A stretch of 64,000 nucleotides of DNA, taken from positions 54,396 through 118,395 of the IMG/VR virus record IMGVR_UViG_3300034683_000041; one strand, 5' to 3'. This document shows, in pieces, positions 1-8,198 of the stretch. The stretch is from a virus. The notes beneath the pieces were generated by a model. The model ran no database searches. It was not told the DNA's origin and worked only from the letters and a program-made list of their open reading frames with translations. The translations under genes and the position numbers were made by a program. The stretch's first letter is position 1. Every line of letters begins with the position of its first letter.

Positions 1-213
1 CCACGCACGTTTGATGCGACTTTGGAGATCGTTAACGGGATACCTATATCTCGAAGAACCACTTATGACCGGCACTTTGGAGTATACGAAGGAGACAAAC
101 TGATCAGCGATCTAACCACAAATAACAACGAAATTGTTCCAAGAATCCGGATACGCTCACTAGACAGTGCTCGACATCCCGATTACATATATCGCCAAGT
201 ACTGTCAGACTAA
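1..213 (+). CDS. hypothetical protein, probably truncated by the window edge
   Basis: Frame is open from base 1 to TAA at 211-213; co-oriented with the next genes. Confidence 0.4.
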   Translation, partial: PRTFDATLEIVNGIPISRRTTYDRHFGVYEGDKLISDLTTNNNEIVPRIRIRSLDSARHPDYIYRQVLSD

Positions 214-242
214 ATCCATCCGCAAATCAAAGGAGAATCGAC

Positions 243-563
243 ATGCAGATAGTCACTATTGATACAGTCAAAACAGACACGCCTCAACATATGAAAACCG
301 TACAAAGCAACACAACGTACGACTGCTTCTTTCTAAGAGGCAAAACCGGCAATATATATGCGACGATTGATTTCGTCAATTTCATGATCGTCTTCGATCA
401 TAAAAAAGATTACACTAAATTGGACAGATTTCAGCAACTGTGCGTCCAGTGCCTCATGCATGATACCCCACTCCCCAGCGATATAGGAGATCCCTATGCT
501 TCGACAATTTCAGATTTATCTTATCGGGATTCTCATCCTAGGATCTCCGATATCCGCGCATAG
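243..563 (+). CDS. hypothetical protein
   Basis: 106-aa ORF with AAGGAG Shine-Dalgarno (SD). Confidence 0.6.
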   Translation: MQIVTIDTVKTDTPQHMKTVQSNTTYDCFFLRGKTGNIYATIDFVNFMIVFDHKKDYTKLDRFQQLCVQCLMHDTPLPSDIGDPYASTISDLSYRDSHPRISDIRA

Positions 564-879
564 CACATACGAAGCTAACAATCTGCCAGAATTTAGTTTA
601 GCTTTGTTAGTTTACGAGGATGGCTCAGGTGCACTCCATGTCCAATTCGACAAAGCTGTCAAAGAACGCAACATGGAGATCTTCCTACAAACATACAGAT
701 CCGGGTATACGTTTGACGTAAGCTATTGGATCGCAGCAAATGAAGCCCTATGTGACCTTGATGCAGAAATAACCCAATTGCTTATGAACGACATCGAATC
801 CTACCGAAGTTCAATTGTTGTTAGACTTCGGAAAAAAGGGACTGGGGTCACGGTCTGGGCAAAAGAAACCAGTATCTAA
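496..879 (+). CDS. hypothetical exported protein (signal-peptide-like N-terminus)
   Basis: AGGAGA SD; N-terminus MLRQFQIYLIGILILGSPISA; followed by a hairpin. Confidence 0.6.
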   Translation: MLRQFQIYLIGILILGSPISAHSTYEANNLPEFSLALLVYEDGSGALHVQFDKAVKERNMEIFLQTYRSGYTFDVSYWIAANEALCDLDAEITQLLMNDIESYRSSIVVRLRKKGTGVTVWAKETSI

Positions 880-881
880 TC

Positions 882-916
882 ATAAGAGTGGTCCCCGTAA
901 GGGTGACCACTCTTAT
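882..916. terminator. inverted repeat between convergent genes
   Basis: ATAAGAGTGGTC...GACCACTCTTAT, followed by a T-run on +. Confidence 0.75.
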
Positions 917-922
917 ATTTTT

Positions 923-1327
923 TTATTTCTTTATTTCAGATACACGATATCCCTGAGATTTTAAAAAACTCAAGATATCAGATACTGCACTTTTGTCTGT
1001 ACCATGGAATCGGATATCGATATAGTCGATGTAAGGTACAAGTTCTACACTGGAAGGAATTATCCAGTCTTTGGCAAATACCTTGGTACTACTGAGTGAT
1101 CCTTGTTTGACAACTACTACTAAGAACTGAAGCTCTCGAATGGATGGTAACGAACCAGTACTTTTCTCAACTTCTTTGTGGTAAGGAACCAGATCTCTCG
1201 AGTATACCAGTGCACCATCGTAAGTGACAATGCCTGACACTTCCCCAGTATATACATTACTATCTAACCCGTTGTGGGTTTGAAACTTGATACGCTGACC
1301 TACTTGAATATCGTTGATAGCTATCAT
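923..1327 (-). CDS. small beta-barrel (SH3-like) jumbo-phage protein
   Basis: 134 aa, AAGGA SD; IQVGQRIKF / YTGEVSGIV / VFAKDWI pattern recalled from phiKZ-like phages. Confidence 0.55.
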   Translation of the reverse strand: MIAINDIQVGQRIKFQTHNGLDSNVYTGEVSGIVTYDGALVYSRDLVPYHKEVEKSTGSLPSIRELQFLVVVVKQGSLSSTKVFAKDWIIPSSVELVPYIDYIDIRFHGTDKSAVSDILSFLKSQGYRVSEIKK

Positions 1328-1341
1328 AGCAGTTCCTTATT

Positions 1342-3264
1342 CTAGATGTTAGCAGCATTTGGTATGATGCACATCCTCAAAGTTCCAATAGGAACACACA
1401 CCTCACGCAATCTTCTACAAAGCTCCGTTGTCATGTGTGCAGTCTGTGATGGAGGTCCAGATATCCGATCAGGAGTTATGTGCCGGATACATTCTTCAAG
1501 TTGTGTTTTGTCTTGAGGATTGTTGATCTTCCTAAGATCCAGTACGTCAAAATACATAGTTTTATCGTATACTTGTTCGTATGTGAGATGTGAGTCTAAT
1601 GCAAGCATCCATTTGTCAGGAAGTTCCGAACTAGACAGATCTCCTCGAAGTACCGACAAAAACGTTTCCTTAAAAGACTTTGATAAAATATCAAGTATAG
1701 TTTTTTGAAGGTCATGTTCTCCATAGAACGTCTCTTCAGCATCGCAAGTATACGTGTCTACAAGATTCTTGGTAATCCAATACATCTTGTACATCGCATT
1801 TACAACAATACCTGCATCGATCGCTTGTATAGCGGAACCTATGCAGTCTTCAGCAAGAGCTTTGCCAGCTATCACGTCATGTGAAGTTCCACCAATATCA
1901 AGATACATTTTATTCACATACAGAAGATCACTAAGTCCGGTTTCTAATTCGGTGATCTCGGCAATGTTGGCGGTATGCTCGTTACGACACAACTCTAAGA
2001 TCTCATCTATCTTTTGATATGAAGCTTTGAACTGTGGATATTTATCCATGTTCTTTAATGCAGGATGAGAGTTATCCCCTTCAACAACGTCTGGGATGAT
2101 GTTAGAGATACGGATGTCTGTTCTATCCACATGCACGGATGCACCTTCAATTATGCATTCTCTGATATCGGGAAGCATGTCGTCATATCCGAACGACTTA
2201 ACGTTGGCTTTTCCGTTGATACTGAGAGCTTTCCAAGGAAGACCGTATCGAGTAGACTCTGTAGGATATACCCCAACGATCACAACGGCTTTAGTCAGTT
2301 CCATCCATTTCCGGAAAAATTCGCGTACTGTAACTCCTATACCTTGACTTGTTGCAGGAACCATCACCACATGAGGTTTGATAGTATCTTCCGTTCCTAT
2401 CTCGGTAAAGTATTCGATGATCTTGGTAGTTTCGTCAGAAACGTCCATGATGTTTTTCGGAAGAACAAGAAGATTAACATCATCAGCTTCATATACTCTA
2501 CCGCCTTCTCGATTCAGATGATGAATACTACAAGAATCTATAGCAATATTCCTGAACCGATATTCGCAATTTTCAACTCCAACAGAAAACGTTTTTTCTG
2601 TTTCGACATTTCTGGTGCGATAGTCGATACTGGAAGAAGATCCAGCTAAAGGCATGTTCAAGAATATTTCTTCTATAGCTTTAGCAAGTTCAATATTTCC
2701 ACCAGAGGCAGTCAGAGACTGGATATATGCCATCTTACCTATTGCTTGCTGTCGACTGATGTCAAAACGTTTTTCAAGATCTTCGACTTTGAGTACGATA
2801 TCCTTTGAAGAATTTAAGACTTGGTCAAACATCTTCGCAAAAGCCAAGTTCATTTCGTATATGGAATAATTTTCAAATTTATCAGACGCTTCCAGCATGT
2901 TCCGTATGAAATTACAAGCCATGAGCATGGAAGTGGTCGTACCATCTTTACAAGACTGATCAACTCGACGTCCAATATAAGCTATCGCACTTTTGAGGTG
3001 TTCCTGTGCAGGGTTAATGCACTCTATAGCTCCAAGGACTTTAGATCCATCTCGGATAAATGCCCGTATCTGCAAAGTAGGATCGGCACTATTACCAGAC
3101 ATACTTGCAGAATAGATCAGAGTATTTCTAGCAAACGGACCACATATGGTGGTAAGGTGCTGAGTAAAACTCTCAAGGGTCTGGGTAAGAATGTGTTTAA
3201 GGTCTTCACCCTGTATGGTGTTCGTAACGTTTTGAAAAGATTTTAACTTCAAAGGTTCAGCCAT
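1342..3264 (-). CDS. groEL: phage chaperonin (GroEL/Cpn60-like)
   Basis: TICGPFARNT (cf. TLGPKGRNV), IRDGSKV (cf. TKDGVTV), KDGTTTS (cf. GDGTTT), LAEDCIGSAIQAIDAGIV (cf. RVEDALHATRAAVEEGVV); AGGAG SD. Confidence 0.88.
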   Translation of the reverse strand: MAEPLKLKSFQNVTNTIQGEDLKHILTQTLESFTQHLTTICGPFARNTLIYSASMSGNSADPTLQIRAFIRDGSKVLGAIECINPAQEHLKSAIAYIGRRVDQSCKDGTTTSMLMACNFIRNMLEASDKFENYSIYEMNLAFAKMFDQVLNSSKDIVLKVEDLEKRFDISRQQAIGKMAYIQSLTASGGNIELAKAIEEIFLNMPLAGSSSSIDYRTRNVETEKTFSVGVENCEYRFRNIAIDSCSIHHLNREGGRVYEADDVNLLVLPKNIMDVSDETTKIIEYFTEIGTEDTIKPHVVMVPATSQGIGVTVREFFRKWMELTKAVVIVGVYPTESTRYGLPWKALSINGKANVKSFGYDDMLPDIRECIIEGASVHVDRTDIRISNIIPDVVEGDNSHPALKNMDKYPQFKASYQKIDEILELCRNEHTANIAEITELETGLSDLLYVNKMYLDIGGTSHDVIAGKALAEDCIGSAIQAIDAGIVVNAMYKMYWITKNLVDTYTCDAEETFYGEHDLQKTILDILSKSFKETFLSVLRGDLSSSELPDKWMLALDSHLTYEQVYDKTMYFDVLDLRKINNPQDKTQLEECIRHITPDRISGPPSQTAHMTTELCRRLREVCVPIGTLRMCIIPNAANI

Positions 3265-3280
3265 GTGTATCTCCTATATT

Positions 3281-3580
3281 TTAATCCGACAAGTCATGGA
3301 TAAGGTCATTTTCAATCTTAGAATTTGCAGCACTACGCTTTTCCATGGTCTGTATGATTTTATTATAAGTCACAGTATCCAAATTTAAGAGATCTGTCAA
3401 ACGCAGTCCCAGTGTACGATAGATCGGATATCTATCCATATCTACAAGAACATTTTCAAGCATCACTGAAGAAGGGGGATCTGACAATTCAGTAACCATG
3501 AATCCAGTGATCCCCCCTTTACGTCTAACAGATTTTCCTATCCGTCCCGCAAGATAAGCTTCGTTAAAGCTAGTGGTCAT
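3281..3580 (-). CDS. small protein downstream of the baseplate/tail assembly protein; possible frameshift extension
   Basis: 99-aa ORF with weak SD; its frame stays open about 50 codons upstream, into the 3' end of the preceding gene. Confidence 0.6.
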   Translation of the reverse strand: MTTSFNEAYLAGRIGKSVRRKGGITGFMVTELSDPPSSVMLENVLVDMDRYPIYRTLGLRLTDLLNLDTVTYNKIIQTMEKRSAANSKIENDLIHDLSD

Positions 3581-3669
3581 GATCGCCCAGCTTATCCCGT
3601 CTTCAGGAGCAGCCTCAACGATCTTTGACCACTTCGATATATACTCATCTACATGTTCGTCCGTGGTGG

Positions 3670-5763
3670 TTAACGGGACAAATCGTCCACCACTATCATA
3701 AAAAACACGTAGAGCATATCGAGCGGAAGAAGTCCATTAACAACTTGTTCAGGTTCTCGTCCACATTTGGGACACGCAGAATACAGTGCTGCGAAATGCG
3801 AACACCGGTTATCGTTGTAGATCTCAAAGAAGTCTTTGGAAAAATCTTCAACTTCAGGACGAGACTGTAACTGATCCAATATCTGTACAAGTGCAGAAGG
3901 ATCGTCTACACTAACCTGATTGCCCGTTTTAGGATGTACCATTTTGACACGGCGAATCCAAGGAGCAATTTGCTGGTATTTTCTATAGCTCAGCGCTTCA
4001 GAAACCGCAGAGATGTCTCGAAGAGAAACAACTTCTGCAAGTCGGGCAACAAAAGCTAACCCAGACTCTATCCACTGTGCAACTGTGGGAGTCTCCATCT
4101 CAACATATACGGAAGAACCTACATGTACTGTACGTTTTCCTTTCAAAAACTCATTACGGTATTTCTCTAATTCTTCGGCAGTACGAGGAGTATTGCTCAG
4201 AATGAAATTCAGAGCCTCACCGTTAAGTTTTTGGAAATCGATATGTCTAAGTTTTTTAACATCCACTTTTGCAGTATCGACATACCCGCATTCCGGATGA
4301 TTGTCAACAAAATCGATTTCTGTACCTTCAGGGTACATAAGACAAGCTACTGCCCAGACACAAGAATCGAAGTCGTGAAATGATACGTTCTTCCAGAAAA
4401 CTTCTTCAAGAGAAGTTCCGGCTTCTGCTTTCAGTGTAGTTTTACAAATCAGTTTAAGGAACAGATCTGCAAAATTCTTTTTCAAGGACACAGAAGCAGG
4501 AGCGGAAGCAAGTTCTCCGAAAAGATATCCGTATTCTCGTTCTGCAGCTCGTGCATCAGAGATAAATGCATGAAGTTCTGCTTTAGTCGGAGGACGTAAA
4601 GTTACAGTCAATCCACTGTTATAGAGTTTCAGACTAAACAAAGGACTGATGTAGGGAAGGAACTGTTGTGCTGCATTAGGACCACTGATAACGTGGTCTT
4701 TTTTCAGATTGATATTTTCCGGACTCAAGATAACATCTGAGAGGATTTTACCATTTTTCAGTTTTGTTCTAGGACGCAGATATTTTGTATCGCACTTTTC
4801 CAACGATTCTTTTTCTGCTTGTGTTTCTCTACCAGAAGATTGGTAACTACGATAAAGTGTAGACGGAAATGTTTTAGGATCGTTCAATGCCGAGATCTTA
4901 AGTAGCTGTCTTTCTTTAGGCTCATCAGATTCCGGGGTAACACTACCCATCTGACGATTGATATACGTAGGGTGAGTTACAATAGTAGTAGCTTTCGGAT
5001 TTTCTGTTATAGCCTCTGTCCAAAACGGTATCAGAAGTTCTTCTTCAGCTGCAATAAGTCGTTGAGCTTCTTCTTCTGTCAAATATTCGTCCTCATCAGA
5101 AGACATCTCATTAACCGAAGAATTCTCCAGTACTTCATCGGAAACCATGATAGGCTCCAACATATCTTCCAAAGACCTAGAACTATCCAAATCCATTTCT
5201 TCATTTACAGATTCCTGAGGTTCTACTACTTCCTCTTCAGGAGTCAACAGATCTTCAGCTATCTGTTCCACAGGAAACTCATCCAAGTCATCGTACATAT
5301 CTTCAACGAGGGAAGAGTGTTCTTCCGCCGCAACTTCTTTTGGTTCTTCTTCAGTATCTTCTAAAGGAGTACCATCCAATCCAGGGGAATATCCTTGGAT
5401 CTCTTCAGAAGTGGTTGCTGTATCTGCCGCAACTGAAGATACTCCTTCAGTATCTACATTAAGTCGAGTATCTTGCGTTTGAGAAACACTCTTGATCTCG
5501 TCACTGAATTTCATGGTAATATTCTCCGTATCTGACTTTACCGTTGGACGGTAGGGTTTATTATTTTCATGATCAGACATATCAATAGGCATAGTCTTCT
5601 CCTGACGAATGGGTTTTGGTTTTCTTTTTTGTATATCTGAAAGACTCATGGGAGTAGAGCCTTTATGATTTACCGTAATGGGTTTAGGTTGAAATTTTGA
5701 AGCAGGCTTTTGTACTGGAAGTGTTGCTCCAGTTATATCTGTCGTTGGTCGTCTAGTAGGCAT
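3670..5763 (-). CDS. baseplate hub / tail assembly chaperone-like protein (T4 gp26-like C-terminal part) with acidic N-terminal extension
   Basis: Start moved to ATG 5763 (GAGGAG SD); HPECG and CPKCG motifs; C-terminal ...LDMLYVFF. Confidence 0.55.
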   Translation of the reverse strand: MPTRRPTTDITGATLPVQKPASKFQPKPITVNHKGSTPMSLSDIQKRKPKPIRQEKTMPIDMSDHENNKPYRPTVKSDTENITMKFSDEIKSVSQTQDTRLNVDTEGVSSVAADTATTSEEIQGYSPGLDGTPLEDTEEEPKEVAAEEHSSLVEDMYDDLDEFPVEQIAEDLLTPEEEVVEPQESVNEEMDLDSSRSLEDMLEPIMVSDEVLENSSVNEMSSDEDEYLTEEEAQRLIAAEEELLIPFWTEAITENPKATTIVTHPTYINRQMGSVTPESDEPKERQLLKISALNDPKTFPSTLYRSYQSSGRETQAEKESLEKCDTKYLRPRTKLKNGKILSDVILSPENINLKKDHVISGPNAAQQFLPYISPLFSLKLYNSGLTVTLRPPTKAELHAFISDARAAEREYGYLFGELASAPASVSLKKNFADLFLKLICKTTLKAEAGTSLEEVFWKNVSFHDFDSCVWAVACLMYPEGTEIDFVDNHPECGYVDTAKVDVKKLRHIDFQKLNGEALNFILSNTPRTAEELEKYRNEFLKGKRTVHVGSSVYVEMETPTVAQWIESGLAFVARLAEVVSLRDISAVSEALSYRKYQQIAPWIRRVKMVHPKTGNQVSVDDPSALVQILDQLQSRPEVEDFSKDFFEIYNDNRCSHFAALYSACPKCGREPEQVVNGLLPLDMLYVFFMIVVDDLSR
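3700..3706 (-). other. candidate -1 ribosomal frameshift slippery site G_TTT_TTT
   Basis: GTG TTT TTT ATG near the end of the 5763..3670 ORF; the -1 frame is continuous with ORF 3580..3281. Confidence 0.5.
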
Positions 5764-6769
5764 CGGGAAGCTCCTCAACGTCTGAGTTTGAGGCGGTTTT
5801 TGGTTTACGCGAAATCGGAACAATGTCCCAATAAGGTCGCATAGATACGATCTTAACGTCTTCCGTTTCGTAGAGTGCCTGATGTTTGATTGTTCCTCCA
5901 CGATCCACCCACGCTATAACTTTAACTTTAGAATCAACTTTTTTGACAAACTCTTTCATAGAAGGAGTATCGTATCCGTCAACAAGCGCACATCTAAAAG
6001 GAAGAAATTGTTCAGTATCAAAATGTGGGGCATTCAATTCTTCTGACCAAAATTCAGACAAATCTAGCTGTGTGTGATAGTAATTTGAGTTGAAATAAGC
6101 ACAAGAGTTCCAATCTAATGTTTTAACTACATGAGGTTTGGACAAATATGCTGTTTCCCAATCTTTCATTATGCAGACAATTTCTTCTAACTCACAAAGC
6201 GCACGAACGTTATCTATACGTTTTCCGAATATAGTAGCATCAGAGAACGTTGGAGTAAACCAAATAGAATCTTTTTCAAATAGAAATCCGAATGGATTGT
6301 CCTCAGATTTGAGCACCTCAGTCAAATCTTCAGGATCTTCTCCATACGATTCTATTTCTTCTTTCTGAGCGATTATCTCGGACAGATTTGCCAATTTTCT
6401 ATTGTGCGAATTGTCCACAACTACCGTAAGATCATCTTGGTTGTTCGAATTGAATGCAGAGCACAACATGTTGACTCTAACTACGTATGGCTCGTAATCA
6501 TGAAATTTCAAAAACTCTTTTAATTGTAATAAAAATTCTGGATTTTTAAATCTGACGATATGGACTGATAGAGTTGTGGGGACAAACGAAGTCAAAAGTT
6601 CGTAGTCCCCATTGGTTAACACAAACCCATCTTCCAGTCCGGACAATCCAAAATAAAGATAGTTAGCTCCTCGCGCACTAAGAGAAGAAAAGTACAACTT
6701 AAATTGCGAGATAAACTTTTTTAACTTTGGATCTTTTGTTTTCAAACTTGGGGATTTGGGTTTTGTCAT
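5753..6769 (-). CDS. hypothetical protein
   Basis: 338-aa ORF in an operon-like arrangement. Confidence 0.7.
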   Translation of the reverse strand: MTKPKSPSLKTKDPKLKKFISQFKLYFSSLSARGANYLYFGLSGLEDGFVLTNGDYELLTSFVPTTLSVHIVRFKNPEFLLQLKEFLKFHDYEPYVVRVNMLCSAFNSNNQDDLTVVVDNSHNRKLANLSEIIAQKEEIESYGEDPEDLTEVLKSEDNPFGFLFEKDSIWFTPTFSDATIFGKRIDNVRALCELEEIVCIMKDWETAYLSKPHVVKTLDWNSCAYFNSNYYHTQLDLSEFWSEELNAPHFDTEQFLPFRCALVDGYDTPSMKEFVKKVDSKVKVIAWVDRGGTIKHQALYETEDVKIVSMRPYWDIVPISRKPKTASNSDVEELPDAY

Positions 6770-6780
6770 ACTACTTAAAG

Positions 6781-7539
6781 TTACTCCGAAAGTTGAGCTG
6801 TGTCTATGATGGGTATAACATCATTTTCATTATGTGTATACTCAGGGATATCTGAAGGGGCATCTTCATTATCTGTGTCTTTTGCACTGAGTATTTCCAT
6901 ATATGTATTCATGATTTCCAGGAGAGTTGTAAAATTCTCATGTCGATTTTTGATTCGTTCCAAGAAAGGAAGAACTAAAGTTATACTTTCTGCCACATTC
7001 TGACGAATATTGGCCATTTTTTCTTGAGTCGATATAAGGAACTTGACTACCTCTTCAGTCACAAATTCCATAATGACTTGATAATCCTTGCTTTTCCATA
7101 TTTTATTTTTCTTTACCAAAAGCTCTTTGTAGTTTTTGACGATTGCTACATGATCATCGAATACTTCTTTTACCAGAGAAGATGTTTTGTCAAAAGTATC
7201 TTTGTCCATAGCAACAATATCTTTGTCATTAGTCATATCCAAGATAATTGCTCCAGGGACGTACTTCCCATCTACAAAATTCCCTTCGTGTCGGTACACA
7301 TTAGTGCGTGCTGTGATGGCAAACGACCCAACATATTTCGCTATATGAGCTATTTGTTCTATACCTTCAAGTAAAGCTACCGCATCATGAAAACTTTTTT
7401 CAAGATCAATTTTGACTTGTTTGACTGCAGAAGACATCTCTCTAGCAAAATCAATTTGCTTGACTCGACAAATTTTCTTCTTTTGTTCCCGAGACTTTCT
7501 TTTTTTCAGGGCATTGCGTTCTTTTTTCGTATTGGTCAT
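6781..7539 (-). CDS. hypothetical protein (basic N-terminus)
   Basis: 252-aa ORF, AAGGAG SD. Confidence 0.7.
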   Translation of the reverse strand: MTNTKKERNALKKRKSREQKKKICRVKQIDFAREMSSAVKQVKIDLEKSFHDAVALLEGIEQIAHIAKYVGSFAITARTNVYRHEGNFVDGKYVPGAIILDMTNDKDIVAMDKDTFDKTSSLVKEVFDDHVAIVKNYKELLVKKNKIWKSKDYQVIMEFVTEEVVKFLISTQEKMANIRQNVAESITLVLPFLERIKNRHENFTTLLEIMNTYMEILSAKDTDNEDAPSDIPEYTHNENDVIPIIDTAQLSE

Positions 7540-7609
7540 GTGTATTCTCCTTGATATGTAAGTAAAATAGTGTTACGCATGTAATGAGTTATACAATTAG
7601 AAAACTAAC

Positions 7610-7638
7610 AGAGTACTCGCACCATGCGCGAGTACTCT
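7610..7638. terminator. inverted repeat
   Basis: AGAGTACTCGC...GCGAGTACTCT. Confidence 0.65.
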
Positions 7639-7648
7639 TAAACTAGGT

Positions 7649-8128
7649 TTATTCAACAGGAAGATTCAATTCTACAAAATACAGCCAGAATAAAGCCCGA
7701 GCAACTTTTGTCTCGTGGGCGTTACGAGAGGTATCCTGAGATTCAGTCTCAGGTTTATCTTTTGCTAAAGTACTCAGTCCGATAGGAAGTTCATCATATT
7801 CCTGGAGCTGAGACATGAAATAACAAAATCTCTGTTCTTCTTTAGTCATGGAGGAACATCTGACAATGTACGCATCACATATTGCGAGAAGTTGAGGTGC
7901 TTTCGCTGCAGCGATTCTGTCTTTGTCTACTTGTTCTTCAACGATACTCGTACAATGTTGCAAAAGATCTTTTCTTGTTTGATTAGTGATGTTGCGATGA
8001 ATGTACTCTTTAAGATAGGATAAGATAACGCTACACCTCATCTGGTATTCTGTTTTCAAAGAGAAATTGTTGCGTATAGTGAGCGCTTCTTTTGTGGCAT
8101 CCTCTGTGGAAAAATTCATATCTGACAT
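7649..8128 (-). CDS. hypothetical protein
   Basis: 159-aa ORF, AGGAG SD. Confidence 0.7.
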   Translation of the reverse strand: MSDMNFSTEDATKEALTIRNNFSLKTEYQMRCSVILSYLKEYIHRNITNQTRKDLLQHCTSIVEEQVDKDRIAAAKAPQLLAICDAYIVRCSSMTKEEQRFCYFMSQLQEYDELPIGLSTLAKDKPETESQDTSRNAHETKVARALFWLYFVELNLPVE

Positions 8129-8198
8129 AACAAATACTCCTGTGTTTTTAAACAGTGTTTAGTAGTAGTATGACCATCATACCATAGGAGAACTTATC

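Noticed and set aside
5764-5901. N-terminal extensions given by the ORF track (also at 15792, 20275, 22338, 24284, 45869, 54641, 57016, 61852)
   Set aside because: Downstream starts have better SD sequences; the extensions overlap neighbouring genes, hairpins or promoter motifs
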